Assembly (NCBI GenBank): GCA_905187695.1
Contig: CAJJIY010000005.1
Span: forward strand, 8,546 to 72,545
Source: an uncultured Eubacteriales bacterium
GTDB taxonomy: Bacteria > Bacillota > Clostridia > Oscillospirales > CAG-272
DNA: 64,000 nt
Direction: 5' to 3'
Below are positions 33,571-42,354 of this stretch, piece by piece (positions within the stretch are counted from its first letter, which is position 1; each line of letters starts with the position of its first letter). A program made the translations under genes and the position numbers. The notes under the pieces are model-generated. The model did no database searches and was not told where the DNA came from. It was given only the letters and a program-made list of their open reading frames with translations.

Positions 33571-34272
33571 ATGGCGATTGTGGAATTTTCGGATGTTTCA
33601 CGGGTCTACCAAAGCGGTGATCATGAACAAAAAGCACTGGATCATGTAAATCTGACTCTCCCAAAGGGAAAATTCATTGTGATTCTCGGCCCCAGCGGAG
33701 CAGGGAAAAGTACGCTCCTGAATTTGCTGGGCGGCCTGGACTGTCCCACTTCCGGCCGTATTCTGGTAGACGGACAGGATATTTCCACGCTGGATTGTGA
33801 TGCCTTGGCCGCATACCGCGCGCAGAAAGTGGGCTTTGTGTTTCAGTTTTACAATCTCATTCCCACGCTGACGGTGCACGAAAATGTCGCGCTGGTGAAA
33901 GAGATTGCGCCCAATGCCCTGTCGGCCACCCGGATGCTCGAAGAGGTGGGCCTTTCGGATCATCTGCGTAATTTCCCGGCCGAACTTTCCGGGGGTGAAC
34001 AGCAGCGGGTTTCCATCGCGCGGGCACTGGCCAAAAATCCGGAAATCCTGCTTTGCGATGAACCGACGGGTGCGCTGGATTCCGAAACCGGCGTTACCGT
34101 GCTGAAACTGCTGCTCCGCATGGCGCGGGAATACGGCAAGACTATTGTGATTGTCACACACAACCAGAATATTGCCCGGATGGCCGACCTGGTGGTCCGC
34201 GTCAAAAACGGTCATATTGAAACGGTCGAGGAACAAAGCGCTCCGGCCTCTGCGGATGAGATTGACTGGTAA
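33571..34272 (+). CDS. ABC transporter ATP-binding protein (MacB/LolD/FtsE-like)
   Basis: Walker [10 protein letters not shown], signature LSGGEQQR, Walker [12 protein letters not shown] and the H-loop VTHN are present. Confidence 0.9.
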   Translation: MAIVEFSDVSRVYQSGDHEQKALDHVNLTLPKGKFIVILGPSGAGKSTLLNLLGGLDCPTSGRILVDGQDISTLDCDALAAYRAQKVGFVFQFYNLIPTLTVHENVALVKEIAPNALSATRMLEEVGLSDHLRNFPAELSGGEQQRVSIARALAKNPEILLCDEPTGALDSETGVTVLKLLLRMAREYGKTIVIVTHNQNIARMADLVVRVKNGHIETVEEQSAPASADEIDW

Positions 34273-34284
34273 GAGGTACTTTGT

Positions 34285-36567
34285 ATGCTGAAGAAAAAAT
34301 TATTCAGAACCATCGGCGCTTATAAGGCACAGTTCATTTCTATGATTATTATGATCACGCTGGGCGTCGGCATGTTTGTCGGATTCAACATGGAATGGGT
34401 CAGCATCCAGTACAATATGAACGATTTTTTTGAAAAGACCGGATATGCTGATTATTTTCTCGTTTCCGAGCAAGGATTTTCCGCAAAGGAAGCCGGCGAA
34501 ATCGGTCAGATCGAGGGTGTGCGGGCCATTTCCCGTTTCCTGTCGGTCAATGCCGATGTGAAGGAACAAAGCGGCGATACGGTGGCGCTGTCGGTCAGCG
34601 AAAATGCCGAAGTATCCGGGTTTATGCTGATGTCAGGCACCCCTTACGATGCCAACGATCAAAAGGGCATTTGGCTTTCTGATCGCTACGCAAAAGAAAA
34701 CGGGATAGAAATCGGCGATACATTGACCTTCCTTTACGGCGGTATGACGCTGGACGGGCAGGTTCGGGGACTCATTAAATCGGGCGAACAAATGATTTGC
34801 GTGCGGGACAGCACGCAACTGATGCCGGATTTTTCCACGCATGGATTTGCCTACATTTCTCCGGCCTTTTACGCGCGTGCGACCGGTCTTGATTACTATC
34901 CGCAACTTCATGTCCTGTGCAATCTTGAAAAAGAAGCGTTTGGCGAAAAAGCGGATGCGGTGTTGGGACGGACCACTCTGTTGATGGAAAAATCCGAAAC
35001 CCCCTCGTATTCGGCCGCTGAAGGCGAGGCGGATGAAGGGAAGACCATGGGGGCGATTCTTCCCACGCTCTTCCTGCTGATCGGTGTGCTGACCATGACC
35101 ACCACCATGCACCGCCTGACGGCCAAAGAAAAGGTGCAGATCGGCACATTGAAAGCGCTTGGCTTTTCGGATCGGCGGATTTTGCGGCATTATACGGCCT
35201 ATGCTTTCATGGTCGGCATTTTAGGCATTGGCTTTGGCGTCGGCCTTGGATATGCCGTGGCTTATCTCATCATGAATCCGAACGGAATGATGGGCACCTA
35301 TCTTGATCTTCCCCGGTGGCGGCTGTGCTTCCCGTGGTTCTGCTATCTTGTGCTTCTGGGCATTCTTTCGCTGCTCACGCTGATCGGTTATCTGTCTGTA
35401 AGAAAGATGTTGCAGGGCACGGCCGCAGACGCGCTTCGGCCCTATACGCCCAAAAAAATGCGGCCGCTGCTGATTGAAAAAAGCCGGATCTTTCACAAGC
35501 TTTCTTTCGGCGTCCGTTGGAATCTGCGGGATATTGCCCGGCAAAAATCCCGTACAGCCATGAGTCTGCTGGGGATCATCGGTTGTACCATTCTGGTGGT
35601 TGGCTCCATGGGAATGCGGGATACCATGAACGCTTTCCTCAAAATGTATTATGAAGAAGGGCAGAACTACGCCGCCCGAATTTATCTTTCGGCCGATGCA
35701 AACGAGGCGCAAAGAACCGCCGTTTGGGAAAAATACAAGGGAGACCGCAGTGCCACTGTCAGTGTAAAGGCCAAAGAAAAAACCGTATCGCTGGATATTT
35801 ATGACCTTGCCCGGAATCATGTGCGGATTGCGGGAAAGGACGGCAACCCCATCCGCCCGCTTCCGGATGAAGGCGCCTATCTTTGCCTGCGATTGTCGGA
35901 GGAATTCGGATTGTCAGAAGGTGATACCTTTGAGATCAGCTCCTATGGCAGCGACCAAATCTATACGCTCCGGGTGGCCGGTGTTTACCGCAGCGTCTCT
36001 GAAAGCATTGCCGTAAGCGCTTCTTACGCAGAATCACTGAATCTGCCTTTCGCCTTTGATTCAGTATATACCGACACGCCCAAAGAGGAGATTGTTGCGG
36101 ATGCCGCCATTAAAACCGTACAGTCCAAACAGATGATCATGGATTCTTTTGAAACCTTTACGGATCTGATGGACACCATGATTTATCTGCTGGTATTCGG
36201 CGCGTTGCTCCTGGGGGTGATCGTTCTGTACAATCTGGGTGTGATGAGCTATACCGAACGCTATCGGGAGATGGCCACGCTGAAAGTGGTGGGCTTCCCG
36301 GACCGGAAGATCGGCAGATTGCTGGTAGAGCAGAATCTGTGGCTTTCGGTGTTGGGCGTTCTGTGCGGCATCCCGCTGGGCGCGGCGGTGCTGAGCGTAT
36401 TGCTGAAGGCGCTGGCCGGGGAATATGAAATGAAAATGAAGCTGACATTCGGCACCTGCCTCATTGCAACCCTGCTTACGGTCGCCATGTCACTGTCTGT
36501 CAGTTTCTTCATTTCCTGCAAGAACCGAAAAATCGATATGGTGGAGGCATTGAAAGGAGTGGATTGA
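34285..36567 (+). CDS. FtsX/MacB-type ABC permease with two FtsX domains (760 aa)
   Basis: Two permease halves are visible, each with an extracytoplasmic domain followed by a TKALGF / LKVVGF motif and a TM bundle. It lies adjacent to the ATPase. Confidence 0.85.
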   Translation: MLKKKLFRTIGAYKAQFISMIIMITLGVGMFVGFNMEWVSIQYNMNDFFEKTGYADYFLVSEQGFSAKEAGEIGQIEGVRAISRFLSVNADVKEQSGDTVALSVSENAEVSGFMLMSGTPYDANDQKGIWLSDRYAKENGIEIGDTLTFLYGGMTLDGQVRGLIKSGEQMICVRDSTQLMPDFSTHGFAYISPAFYARATGLDYYPQLHVLCNLEKEAFGEKADAVLGRTTLLMEKSETPSYSAAEGEADEGKTMGAILPTLFLLIGVLTMTTTMHRLTAKEKVQIGTLKALGFSDRRILRHYTAYAFMVGILGIGFGVGLGYAVAYLIMNPNGMMGTYLDLPRWRLCFPWFCYLVLLGILSLLTLIGYLSVRKMLQGTAADALRPYTPKKMRPLLIEKSRIFHKLSFGVRWNLRDIARQKSRTAMSLLGIIGCTILVVGSMGMRDTMNAFLKMYYEEGQNYAARIYLSADANEAQRTAVWEKYKGDRSATVSVKAKEKTVSLDIYDLARNHVRIAGKDGNPIRPLPDEGAYLCLRLSEEFGLSEGDTFEISSYGSDQIYTLRVAGVYRSVSESIAVSASYAESLNLPFAFDSVYTDTPKEEIVADAAIKTVQSKQMIMDSFETFTDLMDTMIYLLVFGALLLGVIVLYNLGVMSYTERYREMATLKVVGFPDRKIGRLLVEQNLWLSVLGVLCGIPLGAAVLSVLLKALAGEYEMKMKLTFGTCLIATLLTVAMSLSVSFFISCKNRKIDMVEALKGVD

Positions 36568-36678
36568 AAATGGCTTATCTGTTGCTGTTCCTGCTGTCAG
36601 GCGGCGTGTTTGCGCTGATCGCATTTGCGTAGCCGTACCTGATGAAAAAAGCCATTTTGATAAGGAGGAAAGAGAATC

Positions 36679-36938
36679 ATGGAAAAACTTACGCTGAAAG
36701 TTGACGGGATGCGTTGCGGCATGTGCGAGGCGCATCTCAATGATGCCGTCCGGAATGCGTTCCGGGTGAAAAAAGTCAGCTCCTCGCATCAACGGGGAAG
36801 ATGATCGTTATTGCCAAGGAAGCACCTACAGAAGCAGAGATTGCCCGTGTGATTGCGGGCAGCGGCTATACGCTGCTTTCTTATAAAGCAGAGCCTTTTG
36901 AAGAAAAATCATTCTGGCAGCGGATCTTTGGGAAATGA
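36679..36938 (+). pseudogene. Heavy-metal-associated (CopZ-like) domain gene interrupted by a 1-nt frameshift in a G-run
   Basis: The RBS AAGGAGG (36662-36668) precedes ATG 36679. The first frame reads MEKLTLKVDGMRCGMCEAHLNDAVRNAFRVKKVSSSHQRGR and stops at 36802-36804. The rest of the domain (MIVIAKEAPTEAEIARVIAGSGYTLLSYK...) continues in the -1 frame to 36938. One extra G in GGGG (36794-36797) would restore QRGKMIV. Confidence 0.7.
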
Positions 36939-36971
36939 GACGGCATGCTTCGGCATGCGGCCAAGTCCCGG

Positions 36972-37010
36972 AAAAGAAAGGCGCAGGCAAAATGCCTGCG
37001 CCTTTCTTTT
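36972..37010. terminator. Bidirectional terminator between the HMA gene and brnQ
   Basis: A 17-bp stem pairs AAAAGAAAGGCGCAGGC with GCCTGCGCCTTTCTTTT around an AAAAT loop. Confidence 0.85.
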
Positions 37011-38386
37011 TATACGGTTTCGGTTTTGTTTCTGGTGGCAAACATCACAACCAGACCGATGACAAATCCAACGGCGGCGGGAAGGAGCCAGCCAAGGCCC
37101 AGTTCAAAGAGCGGTACATATTGCTTCATAAAGTCCAGTACCGGGTGAAGTTTCAGCGCTGACAGCGCGGTGGCGGGGAGTGCCGCCAGAAAATCAAAAA
37201 CGGCGGCGATCAGGGTGAAGGCTGTTGTGCACACATACACGCAGCGCCGGTTTTTAAAAGCCGCGCCGCAGAGCCCCAGCAGAATCAGCGTGATGGCCAG
37301 CGGATATAAGAACATCAGCACAGGGATGGAATAATTGATAATGGAATTCAGGCCGAGATTGGCAACAAGGAAGGATACGATGGAGAAAAGAACCGCCCAC
37401 GCCCGGTAGGGCAGAGCCCTCGGAAACAGTTTTTCAAAGGTTTCGGCGGCGCTGGTGACCAGCCCCACGGCTGTTTTCAGGCAGGCAAAGGTCACGATCA
37501 CGGCTAAAATCCAGTTGCCGGCATTTCCGAAATAGTGGCGGCTGACCTTGACAAAGACTTCGCCGCCATTGGCACTGCTTGGGAAAATGGCGGCGCTTTG
37601 TGCGCCGATTAGGGCGACCGCCAGATAAATGAGCGCCATGAAAAGGCAGCTGAAAGCGCCTGCCTTAACGGTGTTTCTGGCAATGGCGCCGGGCTTGGTC
37701 ACTCCCTCCCCGCGGATGACATTGATCACCACAATGCCGAAGGCCAGACTGGCCAGCGCGTCCATGGTGTTGTAACCGTCTAGAAAACCGGTTGTAAACG
37801 CCCGCACGGCATAATTTCCCTGGGCGGGGACGGCAGAAATCCTGCCCATCGGATGAAGGAAGGCGGCAACCACCAGCACGCCAAGGAAGATCAGAAAAAG
37901 CGGAGTCAGAATTTTGCCGACAAAAGTCAAAATCTTTCCCGGAAAGAGCGAAAACGCCAACACGGCCAGAAAGAAAACGGCCGAAAAAATGGCCAGAAGG
38001 GCGCTCAGATTGGCATCGCCTCCTGTCAGCGGTTCAATGGCCACGGTAAACGGCACTGTAGCACACCGGGGAATGGCGAAAAAGGGGCCGATGGTCAGAT
38101 ACAGCGCACAGGTGAAAAACACACTGTAGCCTTTGCCGACCTTGCCGGAAAGATCGATGAGTCCGTCGCTTTTGCTCACACCGATGGCGGCCACTCCAAG
38201 CAGCGGCAGCCCAACGCCGGTAATCAGAAAGCCCAGCAATGCCACAAGCGTTTTGCTTCCCGCCAGACTTCCCATCTGAATCGGGAAGATGAGATTTCCC
38301 GCGCCGAAAAACAGACCGAAAAGCAGACTGGATATCAGAATGGTTTGTTTGAAATTCAAGTTTTGGCGGGCTTTAGTATTTGTCAT
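37010..38386 (-). CDS. brnQ: Branched-chain amino acid transport system II carrier (LIVCS family)
   Basis: FGLFFGAGNLIFPIQMG and the ~12-TM pattern are typical of BrnQ. ATG 38386 lies 6 nt after GGGAGAG; the track start at 38401 is TTG. Confidence 0.9.
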   Translation of the reverse strand: MTNTKARQNLNFKQTILISSLLFGLFFGAGNLIFPIQMGSLAGSKTLVALLGFLITGVGLPLLGVAAIGVSKSDGLIDLSGKVGKGYSVFFTCALYLTIGPFFAIPRCATVPFTVAIEPLTGGDANLSALLAIFSAVFFLAVLAFSLFPGKILTFVGKILTPLFLIFLGVLVVAAFLHPMGRISAVPAQGNYAVRAFTTGFLDGYNTMDALASLAFGIVVINVIRGEGVTKPGAIARNTVKAGAFSCLFMALIYLAVALIGAQSAAIFPSSANGGEVFVKVSRHYFGNAGNWILAVIVTFACLKTAVGLVTSAAETFEKLFPRALPYRAWAVLFSIVSFLVANLGLNSIINYSIPVLMFLYPLAITLILLGLCGAAFKNRRCVYVCTTAFTLIAAVFDFLAALPATALSALKLHPVLDFMKQYVPLFELGLGWLLPAAVGFVIGLVVMFATRNKTETV

Positions 38387-38457
38387 GATATGCTCTCCCA
38401 AAATGGATGTACTTTTTTAAAGGTGCGGATTTGAACACAAATAAAATATTAAATAAC

Positions 38458-38486
38458 AGTATAACACAATCTTGGTTTTTTTGCAA
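38458..38486 (-). promoter_or_regulatory. Extended -10 promoter for brnQ
   Basis: Read on the minus strand: TTGCAA (38486-38481), a 17-nt spacer and TATACT (38463-38458), with a TG at the extended -10 position. Confidence 0.6.
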
Positions 38487-38686
38487 GACTCTTTTGCCGA
38501 AAACCGAGCGTAAAAATGCTTTTTGCATCACCGGACTTCCGGGGGCGGGAAGCGTTTTGTTTTTCGGCGACAGAAAGCGACGGCTTTTTGCGGCGCGCGG
38601 TGTTATAATGGCCGGGCAGTTGAGCGGACGACATGCCCTTTGCGTGCGGTCCTCTCAAGGAAGCGAACCGAAAAGGAAGTGAAACG

Positions 38687-39028
38687 ATGATTAAAACACC
38701 CTATCATTATGAAGTGAAGGGCCGGGAAGGGCTTTTGATGATTCGTCTTTCCGGTGAAGTGGATCATCACAGTGCGCGCCCGCTCCGGGAAGAACTGGAC
38801 AGGCTGATCCTGCAAAAACAGCCCCGCCGGTTGGTACTTGACTTGTCGGCCATTGAATTTATGGACAGTTCCGGTCTGGGGCTTCTCATGGGGCGCTTGC
38901 GGCTCATGCAGGAGCTTCGCGGCGTAATGGTTCTGGAAAATCCGAATCCGCGTATCCGGAAAATTTTGCGGCTGGCCGGAATGGAGCGTTTTTTTGAGAT
39001 TGACGGGGTGAAAGGAGAAAGAAGATGA
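38687..39028 (+). CDS. spoIIAA: Anti-sigma-F factor antagonist (STAS domain)
   Basis: ATG 38687 follows AAGGAAG. STAS features are present (LSGEVDHHSA, FMDSSGLG), and it is first in the spoIIA-type operon. Confidence 0.9.
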   Translation: MIKTPYHYEVKGREGLLMIRLSGEVDHHSARPLREELDRLILQKQPRRLVLDLSAIEFMDSSGLGLLMGRLRLMQELRGVMVLENPNPRIRKILRLAGMERFFEIDGVKGERR

Positions 39029-39561
39029 GAGGAAGAATGAAGGGCGAGGTCAATCGCCTTCAGTTGCGCTTGCCGGCACTGTCGGTCAACGAGGGCATGT
39101 GTCGGGCGGCCGTGGGCGCTTTCTGCGCCCAGTTGGGCCCCACAGCTTCACAACTGGCGGATATTCAGTGCGCAGTCTCGGAGGCCGTGACCAATTCGGT
39201 GGTTCACGCCTACCGGAGTTTTCCGGGAGACTGTTACATAACCGCCATCCTTTTCTCGGACCGTCGGGTGCGGATCAGCGTTCGCGATACCGGTTGCGGC
39301 ATTCCGGATATCAAAAAAGCCCGGGAGCCGCTTTTTACCACCGACGCGGCCGGAGAACGCTCCGGGATGGGTTTTACCGTGATGGAGGCCTTTATGGACA
39401 GCGTGCGCGTTTATTCCCGGCCCGGGAAGGGCACGCTGGTCGTACTGGATAAAAAAGTGGGACAAGGGGAGAACCCCGGGAAAAAGGAGGAGCAGAGTGG
39501 AGGAGACAAGCCGGCAGGCGCGTCATTATGCGCTGATTCGGGCGGCACAGAGCACGACTGA
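39025..39561 (+). CDS. spoIIAB: Anti-sigma-F factor / serine kinase
   Basis: The start overlaps spoIIAA in ATGA. Kinase motifs are present: SEAVTNSVVHAY, DTGCGI, PLFTT and ERSGMGFTVME. The C-terminal tail runs 65 nt into sigF. Confidence 0.9.
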   Translation: MRGRMKGEVNRLQLRLPALSVNEGMCRAAVGAFCAQLGPTASQLADIQCAVSEAVTNSVVHAYRSFPGDCYITAILFSDRRVRISVRDTGCGIPDIKKAREPLFTTDAAGERSGMGFTVMEAFMDSVRVYSRPGKGTLVVLDKKVGQGENPGKKEEQSGGDKPAGASLCADSGGTEHD

Positions 39562-40243
39562 AGAAGCCGCCGGAGCCACGGACACGCTGGTAAAGGAAAA
39601 TATGGGGCTTGTCTACAATGCCGTTGCCCGTTTCCGGGACCGGGGGATCGAGTATGAGGATCTGGTCCAGATCGGGATTCTCGGGATGTTACGGGCCATC
39701 CGCACTTTCGATCTGTCCCGGGGAACGGCCTTTTCAACTTTTGCCGTGCCGCTCATTGTGGGCGAGATCCGCAGAAATCTTCGGGATGACGGGATCCTTC
39801 ATGTCAGCCGGACTTATAAACAGCTGGGCGCGCGGCTGGCGCGTGCCCGGCATGAGATTAGCGAACGGGAGGGCAGAGAAGCGACCCTTGCGGAAATGGC
39901 CGACGCGTGCGGCGTCGGGCTCGAAGAAGCGGCGGTGGCACTTTCGGCTTTACTGCCGGTCGAGTCGCTGTCCGGCGAACTGTATGAGGAGCAGGGAGAA
40001 ACGCTTTCGGACCGTCTGACCGATGACGAGAGCGCAAACGAGCCCGAAATATTGAACGACCGATTGGCGCTCTCGGCTGCCATCGGAAAAATGCCGCCGC
40101 TCTGGCGCCGGATTTTGCTGTTGCGCTATTTCAAAGACCGCACACAACAGGAAACTGCCAATCTGCTGGGGCTTTCACAGGTAAAGATCTCACGGGAAGA
40201 GAAAAAAATTCTCTCTTTCCTGCGCGGGGAAATGACGGTGTGA
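39497..40243 (+). CDS. sigF: Sporulation sigma factor F
   Basis: GTG 39497 lies 6 nt after AAGGAGG. Regions 2-4 are present: DLVQIGILGMLRAIRTFD, FSTFAVPLIVGEIRRNLRDDG and QQETANLLGLSQVKISREEKK. Confidence 0.9.
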   Translation: MEETSRQARHYALIRAAQSTTEEAAGATDTLVKENMGLVYNAVARFRDRGIEYEDLVQIGILGMLRAIRTFDLSRGTAFSTFAVPLIVGEIRRNLRDDGILHVSRTYKQLGARLARARHEISEREGREATLAEMADACGVGLEEAAVALSALLPVESLSGELYEEQGETLSDRLTDDESANEPEILNDRLALSAAIGKMPPLWRRILLLRYFKDRTQQETANLLGLSQVKISREEKKILSFLRGEMTV

Positions 40244-40274
40244 AGATTATGCGACGGTCAGTCTGTACAAAAAG

Positions 40275-40296
40275 GCCACCGCATTGCGGTGGCTTT
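40275..40296. terminator. Hairpin between convergent sigF and the PPIase gene
   Basis: GCCACCGC pairs with GCGGTGGC. The U-run is better on the minus-strand side (CCUUUUUG). Confidence 0.55.
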
Positions 40297-40315
40297 GCCA
40301 ATTGCTTTGAGTTGT

Positions 40316-41050
40316 TCAGCGCGCGGCGTCGTTCGAACCGGAGTTCCCGGAACTGCCGCCTTCGGGAATGGTGACAAAATAGACGCTTTCAATAATGATT
40401 TCGGTTTTGGGCAGGGAATTTTCTTTGTTGACGCCCTTTTGCGTGGTGACGGGTACGCGGCCGATGGCTTCTACTGTTTCCATTCCGTAGATCACGCGGG
40501 CAAAGGCGGCATATTTGCCGTCCCGCGTCTTGGAATCGGTCAGCATAATGAAAAACTCGGTGTCCGCTCCGTTTTTATCATCGTCACCGTGATAAAGAGA
40601 CATGGTGCCTTTGGTATGCGTCAGAAGATTCCCTTCGTAGCCGTTGGCCGAAAATTCGCCTTCCACCCCCGTTTTATCGGCGCTTTCCTTTTTGGCGTCC
40701 GCCCCCCCGTAAATGCAGTAATTTTCCTGCACGCGGTGGAAAGTGGAGCCGTCATAGGCGTGCGCCGCTACCAGCTCTTTGAAATGCGCCACGGTCTTGG
40801 GCGCATATGTAGAATACAGCGCAATCACAAAGGTGGCCCCGCCTGACAGCGTGAACTGTACATAGTCAGTCGGCGCGTCGCTGGCCGGGAAAGTGTTTTC
40901 GTAATAGGATGTCAGTACAGAAGAACTGTTGTAGTTGCCGCTCACATCCGCGCTGCCGGAATCGTCAGGGCGGCAAAATGGCGTGTTATCACAGGAAAAA
41001 AGGGTAAAAACCAGAATCGCCAAAAGGCAAATCGAAAAAAAGCGTTTCAC
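40316..41050 (-). CDS. ppiB: Cyclophilin-type peptidyl-prolyl isomerase lipoprotein
   Basis: The GTG start lies 6 nt after GGAGG. The lipobox-like segment is LFSC. The cyclophilin core reads FHRVQENYCIYGG...TMSLYH...EFFIML...KYAAFARVIYGMETV. Confidence 0.85.
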   Translation of the reverse strand: MKRFFSICLLAILVFTLFSCDNTPFCRPDDSGSADVSGNYNSSSVLTSYYENTFPASDAPTDYVQFTLSGGATFVIALYSTYAPKTVAHFKELVAAHAYDGSTFHRVQENYCIYGGADAKKESADKTGVEGEFSANGYEGNLLTHTKGTMSLYHGDDDKNGADTEFFIMLTDSKTRDGKYAAFARVIYGMETVEAIGRVPVTTQKGVNKENSLPKTEIIIESVYFVTIPEGGSSGNSGSNDAAR

Positions 41051-41176
41051 TCGGAACCTCCGTTTGAATTTATATACACGGAAGAATCAATTCAAGACAT
41101 GATTTCATCATTATTTTAGAGTGCAGGACACTCTTAAAACACATTATACCGCAAAAAAGAAAATTTGTCAACCCCC

Positions 41177-41206
41177 GTATGTTCTGCCCGGCTTCCCGCA
41201 TACTAA
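41177..41206 (+). promoter_or_regulatory. Possible mother-cell (sigma-E-like) promoter for ytvI
   Basis: CATACTAA (41199-41206) resembles the sigma-E -10 CATACAnT, and GTATGTT lies 15 nt upstream. This is a weak consensus-only call. Confidence 0.25.
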
Positions 41207-41221
41207 AAATAAAGAGGGGGG

Positions 41222-42328
41222 ATGAGCATGAAGACCGAAAAATGGGTGAAATACGCGGCCGTCACGATCTGCGCGGCCGGTGTTTTTCTGGTTCTTTTTT
41301 TGTTTGGAAAATATCTCCTTCCCGCGCTTCTTCCGTTTGCGTTTGCTTTTCTGACGGCGGTGTTGCTTCGCCCGGCGGTTCTTTTTTTGGAGAAAAAGGC
41401 GCACTGGCCGTTTTCTTATTGCTCGGTCTTTGTCACCACGGTCTTTTTGCTCCTGTTTGCCGGGCTTTGCTTTTTTCTTTGTTCCCGGCTTTTTGAGGAA
41501 GCGCAGAATCTTTTTTCGTTTCTGCTTTCCGATCTTTCAAACGAAAACGGCATGATCTCTTCTTTTTTGGCTTTCTGGAAAGATCTCGGTCGTCGGCTCA
41601 ATTTTCATCTTTCGGAGCGCTTTCCTGCCATTCGGGATTTGATCGGGGACCCGTCCGCTTTTATTTCGGAGACATTGCGCGGATTGCTTTCGGGGATCAC
41701 GGCCGCGCTTCCGCCGTTTTTGCTGTCATTGCTCCGTTCGTTGCCGTCTTTCCTTTTCTCTTTTCTCATTTATCTGATTGCCACTTATTATTTTTCCCTT
41801 GATTTTTCTTTGGTCAGAGAAACGCTTTTACAGTGTCTGCCGAGCGCCCTTCGTCAAAAATGGCCCGGCATGAGAGAGCGTGTTTTCGGGGTCTGCCGAC
41901 GGTATCTGCGCGCTTATTTCTTTATTTTTCTTCTGACCTTTGGCGAGTTGTTGCTCGGATTTTTGTCGCTGCGGTTAAACTATGCTTTTTTGCTGGCGTT
42001 GGTGACGGCGCTTCTGGATATCCTGCCGGTGCTGGGGGTGGGGCTGGTGTTGTTGCCTTTCGGCATTTTCGAGCTTTGCACCGGGCAGGTTCTTCGCGGG
42101 GTCGGATTACTTTTGCTTTATGCGGTCATCACGGTGGTCCGGCAGGTGGTCGAGCCGCGTTGGGTTGGCAAAAGTCTGGGCGTGCACCCGCTTTTGCTGC
42201 TGTTCGGTATTTATGCGGGTCTGCGGATTTTCGGCGTGGCAGGTCTGCTGGTGGGGCCGCTCGCGGCGCTGTTGATGCGGGCGCTGTTCCTTCTCCGGCG
42301 AAAAAAAGAAAACCGCGCACAGGATTGA
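41222..42328 (+). CDS. ytvI: Sporulation integral membrane protein YtvI (AI-2E/PerM family)
   Basis: It shows the 8-TM AI-2E family pattern. The N-terminus KYLLPALLPFAFAFLTAVLLRP and the C-terminal GVAGLLVGP are family-typical. Confidence 0.8.
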   Translation: MSMKTEKWVKYAAVTICAAGVFLVLFLFGKYLLPALLPFAFAFLTAVLLRPAVLFLEKKAHWPFSYCSVFVTTVFLLLFAGLCFFLCSRLFEEAQNLFSFLLSDLSNENGMISSFLAFWKDLGRRLNFHLSERFPAIRDLIGDPSAFISETLRGLLSGITAALPPFLLSLLRSLPSFLFSFLIYLIATYYFSLDFSLVRETLLQCLPSALRQKWPGMRERVFGVCRRYLRAYFFIFLLTFGELLLGFLSLRLNYAFLLALVTALLDILPVLGVGLVLLPFGIFELCTGQVLRGVGLLLLYAVITVVRQVVEPRWVGKSLGVHPLLLLFGIYAGLRIFGVAGLLVGPLAALLMRALFLLRRKKENRAQD

Positions 42329-42354
42329 CCTGCGTGCGGTTTTCTTTTTTGAGA

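Noticed and set aside
36570-36698. 42-aa ORF (MAYLLLFLLSGRRVCADRICVAVPDEKSHFDKEERESWKNLR) starting 3 nt after the permease stop, with AAAGGAG 10 nt upstream
   Set aside because: It could be a small membrane peptide. However, it overlaps the RBS and start of the HMA gene, has no recognisable family, and the RBS-like sequence lies inside the permease's last codons. The evidence is insufficient.
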